52,244 nt of DNA from a virus: the IMG/VR virus record IMGVR_UViG_3300044210_000063; one strand, given 5' to 3'. Shown piece by piece: positions 29,094 through 36,968 of this stretch. How positions within the stretch are numbered: position 1 is the first letter of the stretch; each line of letters opens with the position of its first letter. Below the pieces are notes generated by a model. The model searched no databases. It worked only from the letters and a program-made list of their open reading frames with translations, and was not told where the DNA came from. The translations under genes and the position numbers were made by a program.

Positions 29094-29763
29094 AATGCAA
29101 TACGGCGTACTCTCTGGCAGTGAAATTCTTCGGACCATCAAGACTGGCGAAATAGTAATTGATCCGTTTGAAGTAGACAACATCAAGTACGAAGATCGTA
29201 TCAACTCTGCATCATACGACCTGACCCTTGGTCCACATGTGGCGGTGTATTCATCCGTAGTAACTGCTGACTGGGGATGTCGTATAGGCGGTGTGCCTGG
29301 TGAGCGTGTACGCGTGGACTGTCAGCATTTGAAGCTTCCACCGGTGCCCTGTCTTGATGCAGCACAGGAAAATCCTGTGGAGCGTTATGAAATGGATAGT
29401 CGTGGGTTCATGCTTATGCCAGGCATAGGTTACTTAATGCACACAGTTGAACGTATTGCTACAAACAAATATATTCCGATTATCGATGGTAAATCATCAA
29501 TTGGTAGGCTTTTTTGCTTTGTACATGTAACGGCGGGTCTTGGTGATCCTGGGTTTGACGGCCAGTATACGTTGGAGGTATTGGTTACGCATCCACTAAT
29601 CGTATACCCAGGCATGCGATTCTGCCAGATTCGGTTTTTTACTATTGTTGGGGAGGCACAAAATTACCAAAAGGCTGGACATTATACAGGCAAACTTGCT
29701 ATAGGCCCAGTCCCATCGCGCTCATGGACACAATTTTCAGTGCATGAAAATAATCACAAATGA
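29094..29763 (+). CDS. dcd: dCTP deaminase (dUTPase-fold)
   Basis: GKSSIGRLFCFVHVTAGLGDPGFDGQYTLEVL matches E. coli Dcd [31 protein letters not shown]. The ORF-track start 28783 adds about 100 aa of Ala/Ser/Cys-rich sequence, judged spurious; ATG 29094 gives 223 aa. Confidence 0.8.
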
Positions 29764-30110
29764 TTCAATGTGATTTCCCAGAATGTGAAGCTGAGGCTGA
29801 CTGTATGTTGATTTTACATACTCCAGCTGGAATATACCCAACTGGAGTATACCCAGCTGGAGTATGCCCAGCTGGGTATTCAGCATCTTCAAATAGACAA
29901 ATAACGCGGGCAATAGCTCGACATACGGAATCTTGGCTTCCACACGAGATCATATTTGTTCGCTGTGTTGCTCATGAAAACCCAATACTTCCGGGAACAC
30001 CGCTAACTAAAGCTCTGACATCAATACCCTTCCACCTTAGTAAATTGACTCTTGCTATGGGAATGAAAATTTACGGGACCCAATTGGCTAAGGAGGTTCA
30101 TGACACCTGA
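29760..30110 (+). CDS. hypothetical protein with PAG(I/V)YP tandem repeat
   Basis: ATGA overlap with dcd; 15-bp x4 in-frame repeat at 29823-29882. Confidence 0.5.
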   Translation: MIQCDFPECEAEADCMLILHTPAGIYPTGVYPAGVCPAGYSASSNRQITRAIARHTESWLPHEIIFVRCVAHENPILPGTPLTKALTSIPFHLSKLTLAMGMKIYGTQLAKEVHDT

Positions 30111-30642
30111 TCCAGAACCGATGGACGTTGCACGGTTCTTTGAATACGGCGAAGTCTCGTTTACGGATCGAGACTTTCCAAGCCGGCAGGCATCCATTCA
30201 TATTTGCATACCATGTTGTCTATTTCAGGCTGTTACTCCAGCTTTACTTGGTGCCGGTATTATTGATGAATTCTATATACGGGATCCTCTAGCCGTTTGG
30301 ATGCCAAAGCTAGCACCTGAACGTGTCCGCGGAGTAGACTCCGGAATGGTTAATACAACGATTCATCATCATGCTGAGACTTCTCTTGAAATTTTTCGAT
30401 TGTTATCTCACCATGTTAATAACGTGGCGGATTTGGTCCCACTATTGCCGCTTGGTATATACATAGCTCTGAGGTTTCGTTGTCGTATTGACGACATACC
30501 GAAAGTATTATTCGCAATCCAGGGTATACCGGTAGATGGAGTCCATGAGTTCCAATGGGCTTTGGCCTCTGTACTGGCCTGTGTGCTTCAGGATTTTCAG
30601 ATGTGGGAGAGTTTCATGCCTCAGCTGCCATCGAGACTATGA
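30100..30642 (+). CDS. hypothetical protein (180 aa)
   Basis: ORF overlapping the previous by 11 nt; hydrophobic segment near the N-terminus. Confidence 0.5.
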   Translation: MTPDPEPMDVARFFEYGEVSFTDRDFPSRQASIHICIPCCLFQAVTPALLGAGIIDEFYIRDPLAVWMPKLAPERVRGVDSGMVNTTIHHHAETSLEIFRLLSHHVNNVADLVPLLPLGIYIALRFRCRIDDIPKVLFAIQGIPVDGVHEFQWALASVLACVLQDFQMWESFMPQLPSRL

Positions 30643-31447
30643 CATCAATGGTATACCAGCGTTGCTTTGAATCTTGGCACAACTTTGGGGTCCTGATCTC
30701 GCATCTGTGCACCCCGATAGCCGCGATTTTACGTGCCAGCAATGCTCCAAAGAGTGCATGTCTGTGGCATGCTAGATTTGGGGATTGAAATACGCCATCA
30801 ACTTGCTCACGCCCAACTTCGATCGCTATAGTTTGGCCTTCTGAACACGGCTCTACAGTAATACCGTGTGCTGCCAGGCATTCTGTGGCAATTGTCACGA
30901 TTGAGGATGGATCACGTATGTGCTCATATGCTGGTCCTCCTCGAATTAGGGCAATCCTGGTCCGTTCTTTCTCCTGATTAAGAAGCGCCAAGGCGGAACT
31001 AATTCCAGGATGCAAAATGGGTTGGGATTTATGTATCTGACCGTCTTCTCCTATGAAATCAGTAGGGCGGAATACGGACTGATCAGTAAGAGGAAGTACA
31101 GCAAGGCCTGTGCTTTGGTCTACAATGTATACTTTAGAGCCGGTTGATACTAATTTATCATGCTCTTCCAGGATAACATCTACTGCTGTTTCATACACAT
31201 CTTCTGTTCCTGGATAGACAATATCAATACAAGCCTCGATTAACTGTTGGCGACGTTGATCACCTTTAGTCAATGCTGCCTGAGCAGCATCATTCTCTGT
31301 CAACATACGACGAATGGCAAGAAGATAATCTCGTTGCACTCGTTTTTCAGCTTCATAGGCAGTGTCAGAATCTCCGACCACACGTGCTCCAACGAGGATA
31401 GACTGAGGAGTATCCTCGTTGGAGCACGTGAGAATTTTAGTATTCAT
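30614..31447 (-). CDS. hypothetical protein (277 aa); vague resemblance to two-Cys racemase/isomerase-like folds, not assignable
   Basis: Long clean ORF; ATGA overlap with the upstream minus-strand gene. A 20-bp perfect inverted repeat lies in codons 2-18. Confidence 0.6.
   Translation of the reverse strand: MNTKILTCSNEDTPQSILVGARVVGDSDTAYEAEKRVQRDYLLAIRRMLTENDAAQAALTKGDQRRQQLIEACIDIVYPGTEDVYETAVDVILEEHDKLVSTGSKVYIVDQSTGLAVLPLTDQSVFRPTDFIGEDGQIHKSQPILHPGISSALALLNQEKERTRIALIRGGPAYEHIRDPSSIVTIATECLAAHGITVEPCSEGQTIAIEVGREQVDGVFQSPNLACHRHALFGALLARKIAAIGVHRCEIRTPKLCQDSKQRWYTIDVIVSMAAEA
31381..31430. repeat. perfect 20-bp inverted repeat with 10-nt spacer (CACGTGCTCCAACGAGGATA-GACTGAGGAG-TATCCTCGTTGGAGCACGTG)
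   Basis: Seen directly. Both strands therefore encode a TCSNED..SILVGAR peptide. Lies 15 nt inside the 5' end of gene 30614..31447(-). Confidence 0.85.
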
Positions 31448-31953
31448 TTGCTATCTCCGAATGTATAGCTGCTGCCTGGTTCGAGTACGACCTCTCCCTG
31501 AGGGAGCACCATGCCTTGTGTGAATGGAGTGTTTGCGAGGCTAGGTGTAGGCCGAGGATCTTGGGTTTGTATGACTGATCCGAGTTCTTGCTGTGGAGTC
31601 GGAGTGATCAAAGTCGGAGTGATCAAAGTCGGAGTGATCAAAGTCGACTTTGATGGAGATTGCATTTCAGCTGGTCTTTGTGCACTAGATAGAAACCGTT
31701 TGGCCCGGATAGCATCGTATGCAGGGTCTGTTTCTGCAGCTCGAGGCGGAGCATCAAAAAGATCTTTCCGCCATGTGGCCAATCTTTGCTGCAATGCACT
31801 ATTTTGTCCAGCAGCTCGTGAGCAATCCGCTCGTAGACATCTTAAACAATATGCTTTGGAGAACTCATCTAATGGGACCGTTTTGTGCTGCCCAATTAGA
31901 GCAGGATCCGATATGCAATCTTTCAGATAATCAACGCTAGCCATTGTTTGCAC
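31444..31953 (-). CDS. hypothetical protein with (TLITP)x3 repeat
   Basis: 15-bp x3 tandem repeat at 31594-31648, in frame. Confidence 0.5.
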   Translation of the reverse strand: MQTMASVDYLKDCISDPALIGQHKTVPLDEFSKAYCLRCLRADCSRAAGQNSALQQRLATWRKDLFDAPPRAAETDPAYDAIRAKRFLSSAQRPAEMQSPSKSTLITPTLITPTLITPTPQQELGSVIQTQDPRPTPSLANTPFTQGMVLPQGEVVLEPGSSYTFGDSK

Positions 31954-32030
31954 GATACCATCGTAGGGGATTGTGTAAATGAAAGATTTATGCTAAAATC
32001 ATAAAATCGGTCCGAGTTAGCATCTTCTGT

Positions 32031-32708
32031 GTGCGGAGGTGGTGTGCTATGGCGATCCGCGGGTCAGAGCGCGCGGCGAAAACCATTCGGCTTCCGAAAC
32101 GGCTGAAGAACCAGCCAGATCGGCTCCCGTGGCCACGTTCATCGGAGGATGAACCTCATGTCCCACTTGGAGTTGATGTGAGGGAAAAAAAGCCCGATAT
32201 CATAAAACTTGTTCACAAGTTCTTCTGGGTCTCGGACGTGCCCATGGAAGAACTTCTCCAAGAAGTTTACCTTGCTATTCTGCACAAGAACTTAACGAGA
32301 TCTGCACATGATCCTCGCAAAAGCTCTTTCGGCCATTATGTTTATATGGTGGCGAATAACGTGTGTATAAATCTCGTACATCGTAAGACACGATATGATA
32401 AAGATCGAAACTCATTGGATGCGCCTACCGCGACTGGTAGTCGGGTGTTACTTGACACACTAGAAGATACAAATCAGCGTCCGGATGTCGAGGAAACACG
32501 TATATACTCCCGGCAAATTGAACACATGCTGAGGAGCCATGGGATGTGGGATCATGCGCGCTATTGCAGAGCAGTTATGAGTGGTGCTAGTCCCGATGTG
32601 GTGCGAGAAGCACTTTCGTTTGGAGGGCGTAAAATGTCGAATCGTATGATTCGTGATATACGTGCCCAAATTCAATGTAAAGTGCAGGAACTTAGGCTCC
32701 AGATTTAA
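32031..32708 (+). CDS. sigma-70 family (ECF-like) RNA polymerase sigma factor
   Basis: Region 2-like LLQEVYLAILHKNLTR...FGHYVYMVANNVCINLVHRKTRY (compare FxxWLyxIARNxxIDxxRKR). C-terminal region-4-like helix. Start ambiguous (32031 or MAIRG at ~32049). Confidence 0.6.
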   Translation: MRRWCAMAIRGSERAAKTIRLPKRLKNQPDRLPWPRSSEDEPHVPLGVDVREKKPDIIKLVHKFFWVSDVPMEELLQEVYLAILHKNLTRSAHDPRKSSFGHYVYMVANNVCINLVHRKTRYDKDRNSLDAPTATGSRVLLDTLEDTNQRPDVEETRIYSRQIEHMLRSHGMWDHARYCRAVMSGASPDVVREALSFGGRKMSNRMIRDIRAQIQCKVQELRLQI

Positions 32709-32949
32709 CTGGCTGCCATTCTGCTAGGAATCGCAGACCTTTGTCGATAAGCGTCTGAAGCTCTGTTTCAGACGCAGTGCCGCGGAGTTTCATACAAAGG
32801 TGCCCGCGTAGTAGACGTAGTGCATCCTCAGGGTTCCGGAGTAAGGATTGGCATCGTCTACAAACCGTCATATTTTGTGCATACGGCTCAGCACCAGGCA
32901 TTAGACAGTATTCGCAGATGCATTGATCATGTATATCTTCCGCATTCAT
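32692..32949 (-). CDS. small Cys-rich protein (HxxCxCxxC...CxxC), possible zinc-binding regulator
   Basis: HDQCICEYC...CRRCQS. 3' end converges on and overlaps the sigma gene by 17 nt. Confidence 0.4.
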   Translation of the reverse strand: MNAEDIHDQCICEYCLMPGAEPYAQNMTVCRRCQSLLRNPEDALRLLRGHLCMKLRGTASETELQTLIDKGLRFLAEWQPVKSGA

Positions 32950-33538
32950 TGTGGATGAATCTCATTATTTCTTGGGCTGACAGTCCTCGTTGAACACGGA
33001 TGCGTTCGGCGAACAGTAGACCTATTGGCATCGGCAGTATCATACCAAAGATCCCGTGTCCGTCTACAGCTTTGGCTAGAGTTTCACTGAAATTTTGAAA
33101 CAGGTCATCCATCATGACGCGTTCATATGACTCTGGCTTGAGTGACCATGGATCACAAGCTGTTGGTGAAGATGATACCCAATGTATGGAACACGCTGGT
33201 GGTCTGATTGCGTAAGACATGCAAGTCTGACTTTTTGGATCTAGTACCGGGCATTTAAGATTCATCTTGAACCAAGCTAGTGGTGCTGCAATTCGACAAA
33301 GTCGTATAAGATTCTGTGATCGTTGGCGTACCGCTGACCAGGTACCATCTTTAGTAAGCTCTTCTTGAATAAGAAGAAATTCGGCTACACTGGCATATAC
33401 TAACCTGGAACAGCAAGCAGAACAACCTGAATGACACGGGCAGGCTGTAAGCGCTAGTCGTCTATGCGTAGCTTTATTTGCAGTTTCAATTACTGCAGCT
33501 TTAACAGCCCATAAAGCCTGTGTCAGTTCAAGATTCAT
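32927..33538 (-). CDS. YkgJ/UPF0153-family putative Zn/Fe-chelating protein (CxxCxxCC)
   Basis: CPCHSGCSACC signature plus additional Cys (CPVLD...TC...AC). Confidence 0.5.
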   Translation of the reverse strand: MNLELTQALWAVKAAVIETANKATHRRLALTACPCHSGCSACCSRLVYASVAEFLLIQEELTKDGTWSAVRQRSQNLIRLCRIAAPLAWFKMNLKCPVLDPKSQTCMSYAIRPPACSIHWVSSSPTACDPWSLKPESYERVMMDDLFQNFSETLAKAVDGHGIFGMILPMPIGLLFAERIRVQRGLSAQEIMRFIHNECGRYT

Positions 33539-33870
33539 TTGGAATATTGTTCATATGGAAGCTGAAGCATGAAATCTGGCGATTTCATCATAGCTAGTTG
33601 CATGATCAAATCTTGTCTTATATTATCATCTTCTACAAGATAATAGAGATAATCCACAGCCAAGACCTTAATTGTTTCAGTCACGACTTCAAGGTCTTGG
33701 CTGTCAACTATTATTCTTTCTCTTAGAGGAGAGAGTGACATTTCTAAGAGCTCCTGTTCCGATAATAGGACAGGATGATCTGGTGGGCACAGTTTGCTGA
33801 GATACAGCTTCCTAGCAAAACGCTGGGCGTATGTTAGTATCCGTGCATTGAGTTCACGCAACGGGCACAC
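33535..33870 (-). CDS. hypothetical protein (111 aa)
   Basis: ATGA-coupled to the neighbouring minus-strand genes. Confidence 0.5.
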   Translation of the reverse strand: MCPLRELNARILTYAQRFARKLYLSKLCPPDHPVLLSEQELLEMSLSPLRERIIVDSQDLEVVTETIKVLAVDYLYYLVEDDNIRQDLIMQLAMMKSPDFMLQLPYEQYSK

Positions 33871-33878
33871 GGCTGTAA

Positions 33879-34598
33879 TTATACGGCCTGTGCAGTGTTT
33901 GTGTCATTCTCCACTCTTTGAAGAAGACGCTCAGCTTCCTCATCTGCAGTGTCATTAGACTGCAGCAATCTGGAATATATAGCTCCAGCACCATCGCCAG
34001 TCTTAGAAATTTCGCCTTTACCAACTGCCTTATCAAGAAGGTTATATAGAGATTGCCTGGACCATACGGAGAAGCCATCTTTGGTGGCAATTTCCGTTGC
34101 AACATGATAAATAGCAGCTGCGGTCTTATCGCCAGTTTCCAGCGCTTGGTTAATCACTTGACGCAACTCGGGACGGTTGCTTGTCTTTTTGGTTTCTGGC
34201 TTTACCTTTATAGTCTTCTTTTCTGGCTTTTCTGATTCCGGTTTTTCTTTTGGGGCTACGGATTTAGCTGGCTTTGTAGCCGGTTTTGTAGCTGGTTTCA
34301 ATACTGCTCTTGAAACTGCGGGTTTTACCTCAGGCTGTAGAGCCGCATTCGAAATCCCCATCAGTAGTGTTTGGGTTCGGGCTGCTGATCTTTGAATATC
34401 AGTAACCTTAGCATTTATTTGATCTCGAAGTCGCAAGAAACTTGCGACATTATTGTCGATGCCTCGTAGCAACTTACCAGCTTGCGCAGTAGCATTGCGA
34501 ATCTCGGTTTTTGTTTTGGTTTCGATTTTTTCGATTTTTTTGGGCGCCAACGTCGCTGGCGGTTTTGATGTTTTGATTTGTGCTTTAGGAGTTGACAT
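33879..34598 (-). CDS. basic K/P/A-rich protein with C-terminal linker-histone H1/H5-like winged-helix (H15-like) domain
   Basis: Tail PATKPATKPAKSVAPKEKPESEKPEKK. Domain ...AAAIYHVATEIATKDGFSVWSRQSLYNLLDKAVGKGEISKTGDGAGAIYSRL parallels H1 globular ...[24 protein letters not shown]. Confidence 0.5.
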   Translation of the reverse strand: MSTPKAQIKTSKPPATLAPKKIEKIETKTKTEIRNATAQAGKLLRGIDNNVASFLRLRDQINAKVTDIQRSAARTQTLLMGISNAALQPEVKPAVSRAVLKPATKPATKPAKSVAPKEKPESEKPEKKTIKVKPETKKTSNRPELRQVINQALETGDKTAAAIYHVATEIATKDGFSVWSRQSLYNLLDKAVGKGEISKTGDGAGAIYSRLLQSNDTADEEAERLLQRVENDTNTAQAV

Positions 34599-34631
34599 CT
34601 ATTGCAGTCCTTTTGTGACTAAACTTTACAA

Positions 34632-34913
34632 CTAAGTGTGGCGACGCTTGGTGCGAAGACTATTGCGAATTCTCTGTAGATCAGCTTCACACACTATTCC
34701 TAGTGCCCTACAGATTCGCTCTTGTTGGTATGAATGATTTTGGAGAAGAGAGCGAAGCTTCTCGTCGTTCATGTCAGTGGCGACTTGGACAGCCCGGGTC
34801 CATAAAGCTTGGAAATTGGGCTGTTTGCATGGCATGAGAAACATTACAATTGATTTGTACAGTTTTACTACCGTGACATTTGATGAGTTTGCCGACAAGC
34901 TAAGAAAAATCAT
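34632..34913 (-). CDS. hypothetical protein (93 aa)
   Basis: Overlaps the + ORF 34771..35043; cannot tell which is real. Confidence 0.3.
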   Translation of the reverse strand: MIFLSLSANSSNVTVVKLYKSIVMFLMPCKQPNFQALWTRAVQVATDMNDEKLRSLLQNHSYQQERICRALGIVCEADLQRIRNSLRTKRRHT

Positions 34914-35043
34914 GGTGGATTATAATAAGACTCACGGACATGATATGACGACGATAGCTGAATTGAAACTCTATCTTGATCGCCAGCTTGCCAGACGCCC
35001 CAAGAAGACTGCACTAAGAAGTTTGAGGGGTATTATTCCATGA
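34771..35043 (+). CDS. hypothetical protein, first gene of a J-domain / CN-hydrolase operon (start may be later)
   Basis: ATGA overlap with the downstream J-domain gene; internal Met alternatives. Confidence 0.4.
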   Translation: MSVATWTARVHKAWKLGCLHGMRNITIDLYSFTTVTFDEFADKLRKIMVDYNKTHGHDMTTIAELKLYLDRQLARRPKKTALRSLRGIIP

Positions 35044-35372
35044 CTCCGGACGATGCCTGGCGTATTTTAGGCGTAGTTCCAGCTAGTGTATACGCCCGGA
35101 TCATTGACCGGCCGCGACATGAACGAGCAGTTGCAGCTGAGGAAGAACTCATTGAAGCTAGACGACTTGCTAGACAGCTTCAAGGCAGATGCCATCCTGA
35201 TAGAAGTAAAGATGGAGATGAGAAACGATTCAGGGAAATTAGTGAAGCACTTGAGACGCTTGTTCACGCAACAGAGAACTTCAAGATAAGATTAGCGGAA
35301 GTCATTTCTGAAGAAGAGAGTGCAATCGCACGCAAGAGCCGAACCGCGGTTTTTATTAGGATGGAAAAATGA
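35040..35372 (+). CDS. small J-domain protein (DnaJ-like co-chaperone, J-domain only)
   Basis: DAWRILGVVPAS...HPDRSKDGDEKRFREISEALETL has the J-domain HPD and helix pattern. Confidence 0.7.
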   Translation: MTPDDAWRILGVVPASVYARIIDRPRHERAVAAEEELIEARRLARQLQGRCHPDRSKDGDEKRFREISEALETLVHATENFKIRLAEVISEEESAIARKSRTAVFIRMEK

Positions 35373-36151
35373 TGCGTCTCATCTCTTGCATTCAGTATCG
35401 TCCGCGCTTGGCTCGCTGCCGAGCGGATGTTGGAGACAATCTGCGCCGAGCGACCCCGCTCTTAGATCAGGCAGCACGAATTGGATCTCATTTGATTGTG
35501 CTACCAGAATTATGCTTTACGGGGTATTCTTTTCTTGAACGCAATGAGGTGGCTCAGATTGCGGAACGATTTGATGGTCCTACCTTTCTGGCTATGCGCT
35601 CGATTGCCATACAAGCCATGGCTTATGTGAGTTGGGGTTATCCCGAAGTAGACGAGAACGGTAGTCTATACAACTCTGGTAGTGTGGTGGCTCCGAATGG
35701 CGACCTTGTGACTCGATATCGCAAGATCAATTTATGGGGAAATGATTTCTTTTGGGCCATATCTGGAACAGAGGCTGCACCAATTGTACAAACCGACATA
35801 GGTTTACTATCCTTGATCATTTGCAGAGATCTACGTGACAAGATTCCAGCAAATATCCCACGATTTGGATCCGAGGCTGGTAAGAGACACTATGAAGGTC
35901 GTCGTGTGGACGTGGTAGCAGCAAGTACGGACTGGGGTAAGGGAGGTTTTCCAGCAAATGCTTGGATGGACTTTGCTGCCGACAACCGATGCATCCTAGC
36001 TGTTGCAAATAGATGGGGAGAGGAGAAGAATGCTTCTTTCATCCAGGATTTCGGACAGGGCGGAAGTATTATTATCGAACCTAATTGGAAGGTTCATATT
36101 GGTGGATTGGAATTTGGTGCTAATTGCGTAGTATCTGCTCATATAGTATAA
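35369..36151 (+). CDS. carbon-nitrogen hydrolase (nitrilase superfamily)
   Basis: E-K-C triad context: VLPELCFTGY, RYRKINLW, ICRDL. Confidence 0.75.
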   Translation: MMRLISCIQYRPRLARCRADVGDNLRRATPLLDQAARIGSHLIVLPELCFTGYSFLERNEVAQIAERFDGPTFLAMRSIAIQAMAYVSWGYPEVDENGSLYNSGSVVAPNGDLVTRYRKINLWGNDFFWAISGTEAAPIVQTDIGLLSLIICRDLRDKIPANIPRFGSEAGKRHYEGRRVDVVAASTDWGKGGFPANAWMDFAADNRCILAVANRWGEEKNASFIQDFGQGGSIIIEPNWKVHIGGLEFGANCVVSAHIV

Positions 36152-36160
36152 TCGTAGTGC

Positions 36161-36203
36161 TGTGTATCATTGTTTTCAATATAATTAAAAACAATGATAC
36201 ACA
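36161..36203 (+). terminator. terminator-like hairpin after the CN hydrolase gene
   Basis: TGTGTATCATTGTTTT-CAATATAATTAA-AAACAATGATACACA. Perfect ~15-bp arms, AT-rich loop, no clear U-tract. Confidence 0.35.
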
Positions 36204-36294
36204 GCAAGTACTGATTCTACAGAACAAAATTGCGCCAATTCAATTTTGGCCAATATCACACCAATTTGTTAGGCGTCTATTTGTTTATTCATGT

Positions 36295-36714
36295 ATGGTC
36301 CAAGGTCCCGGTCTACCTCCAAAGCCAATTGACACAGATCCTGCGTGTTATTGCATCAGCATGACTGAGTTAAATGATCCAGTCAATCCATGGAAGACTG
36401 TGTGCACAGTATGCACAGGGGACTATCAGAACAATATCTGGTATCAAGCACGAGCTGATGGTTTTGCAGGGCGCTGCATTTTGGATGAGCTAACATACGC
36501 AGATGTATATGATGTGCTTCTCCGGGTTCCCGGTGCTGCCGAAGATTTGGCACGTATCACAAGTGATCCAAGATTACTCATGCTTGCCCGCGAGGTCAAA
36601 GTGATGGTGCCTGAAATTACCGAAAGTGAGCGGGTTGCGAAGAGAATCAACGGATCTGCTCCGCCATTCTATACGGTTCTACGTGGTAATACCGACGGCA
36701 GTGTGTTGCGCTAA
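36295..36714 (+). CDS. hypothetical Cys-containing protein (start placed after the hairpin)
   Basis: The ORF-track start 36124 would run through the hairpin and overlap the hydrolase; ATG 36295 (MVQGPGLPP) is more plausible. Confidence 0.4.
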   Translation: MVQGPGLPPKPIDTDPACYCISMTELNDPVNPWKTVCTVCTGDYQNNIWYQARADGFAGRCILDELTYADVYDVLLRVPGAAEDLARITSDPRLLMLAREVKVMVPEITESERVAKRINGSAPPFYTVLRGNTDGSVLR

Positions 36715-36722
36715 TTCTTGAA

Positions 36723-36968
36723 CTATTTTCTGTGAACGGTCTTGACTACTTCTTCACGAATACGCTCAAGACCAAGTATTTCCGGGAAAGATAGTGAATT
36801 GCTTTGGATGCCATTAGCATGTTGGATCACTAACTTGTCGCCGGGTGACAGTCCTAGGCGAGTAAGAAGCCGCGCAATCAGAACCTCTTCGTCGATATAA
36901 GGACTATCCCACGGAGTGAACTTCAACGATTCGTTGTGTTGATTGGCTTCTTGACTTGAAATTTTCAC
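36723..36968 (-). CDS. hypothetical protein (81 aa)
   Basis: ATGA-coupled downstream of paralog C. Confidence 0.45.
   Translation of the reverse strand: MKISSQEANQHNESLKFTPWDSPYIDEEVLIARLLTRLGLSPGDKLVIQHANGIQSNSLSFPEILGLERIREEVVKTVHRK

Noticed and set aside
30614-31447. Assigning gene 30614..31447 to the Asp/Glu racemase family
   Set aside because: Only a vague two-Cys pattern is visible. There is not enough motif-level evidence without a profile search.
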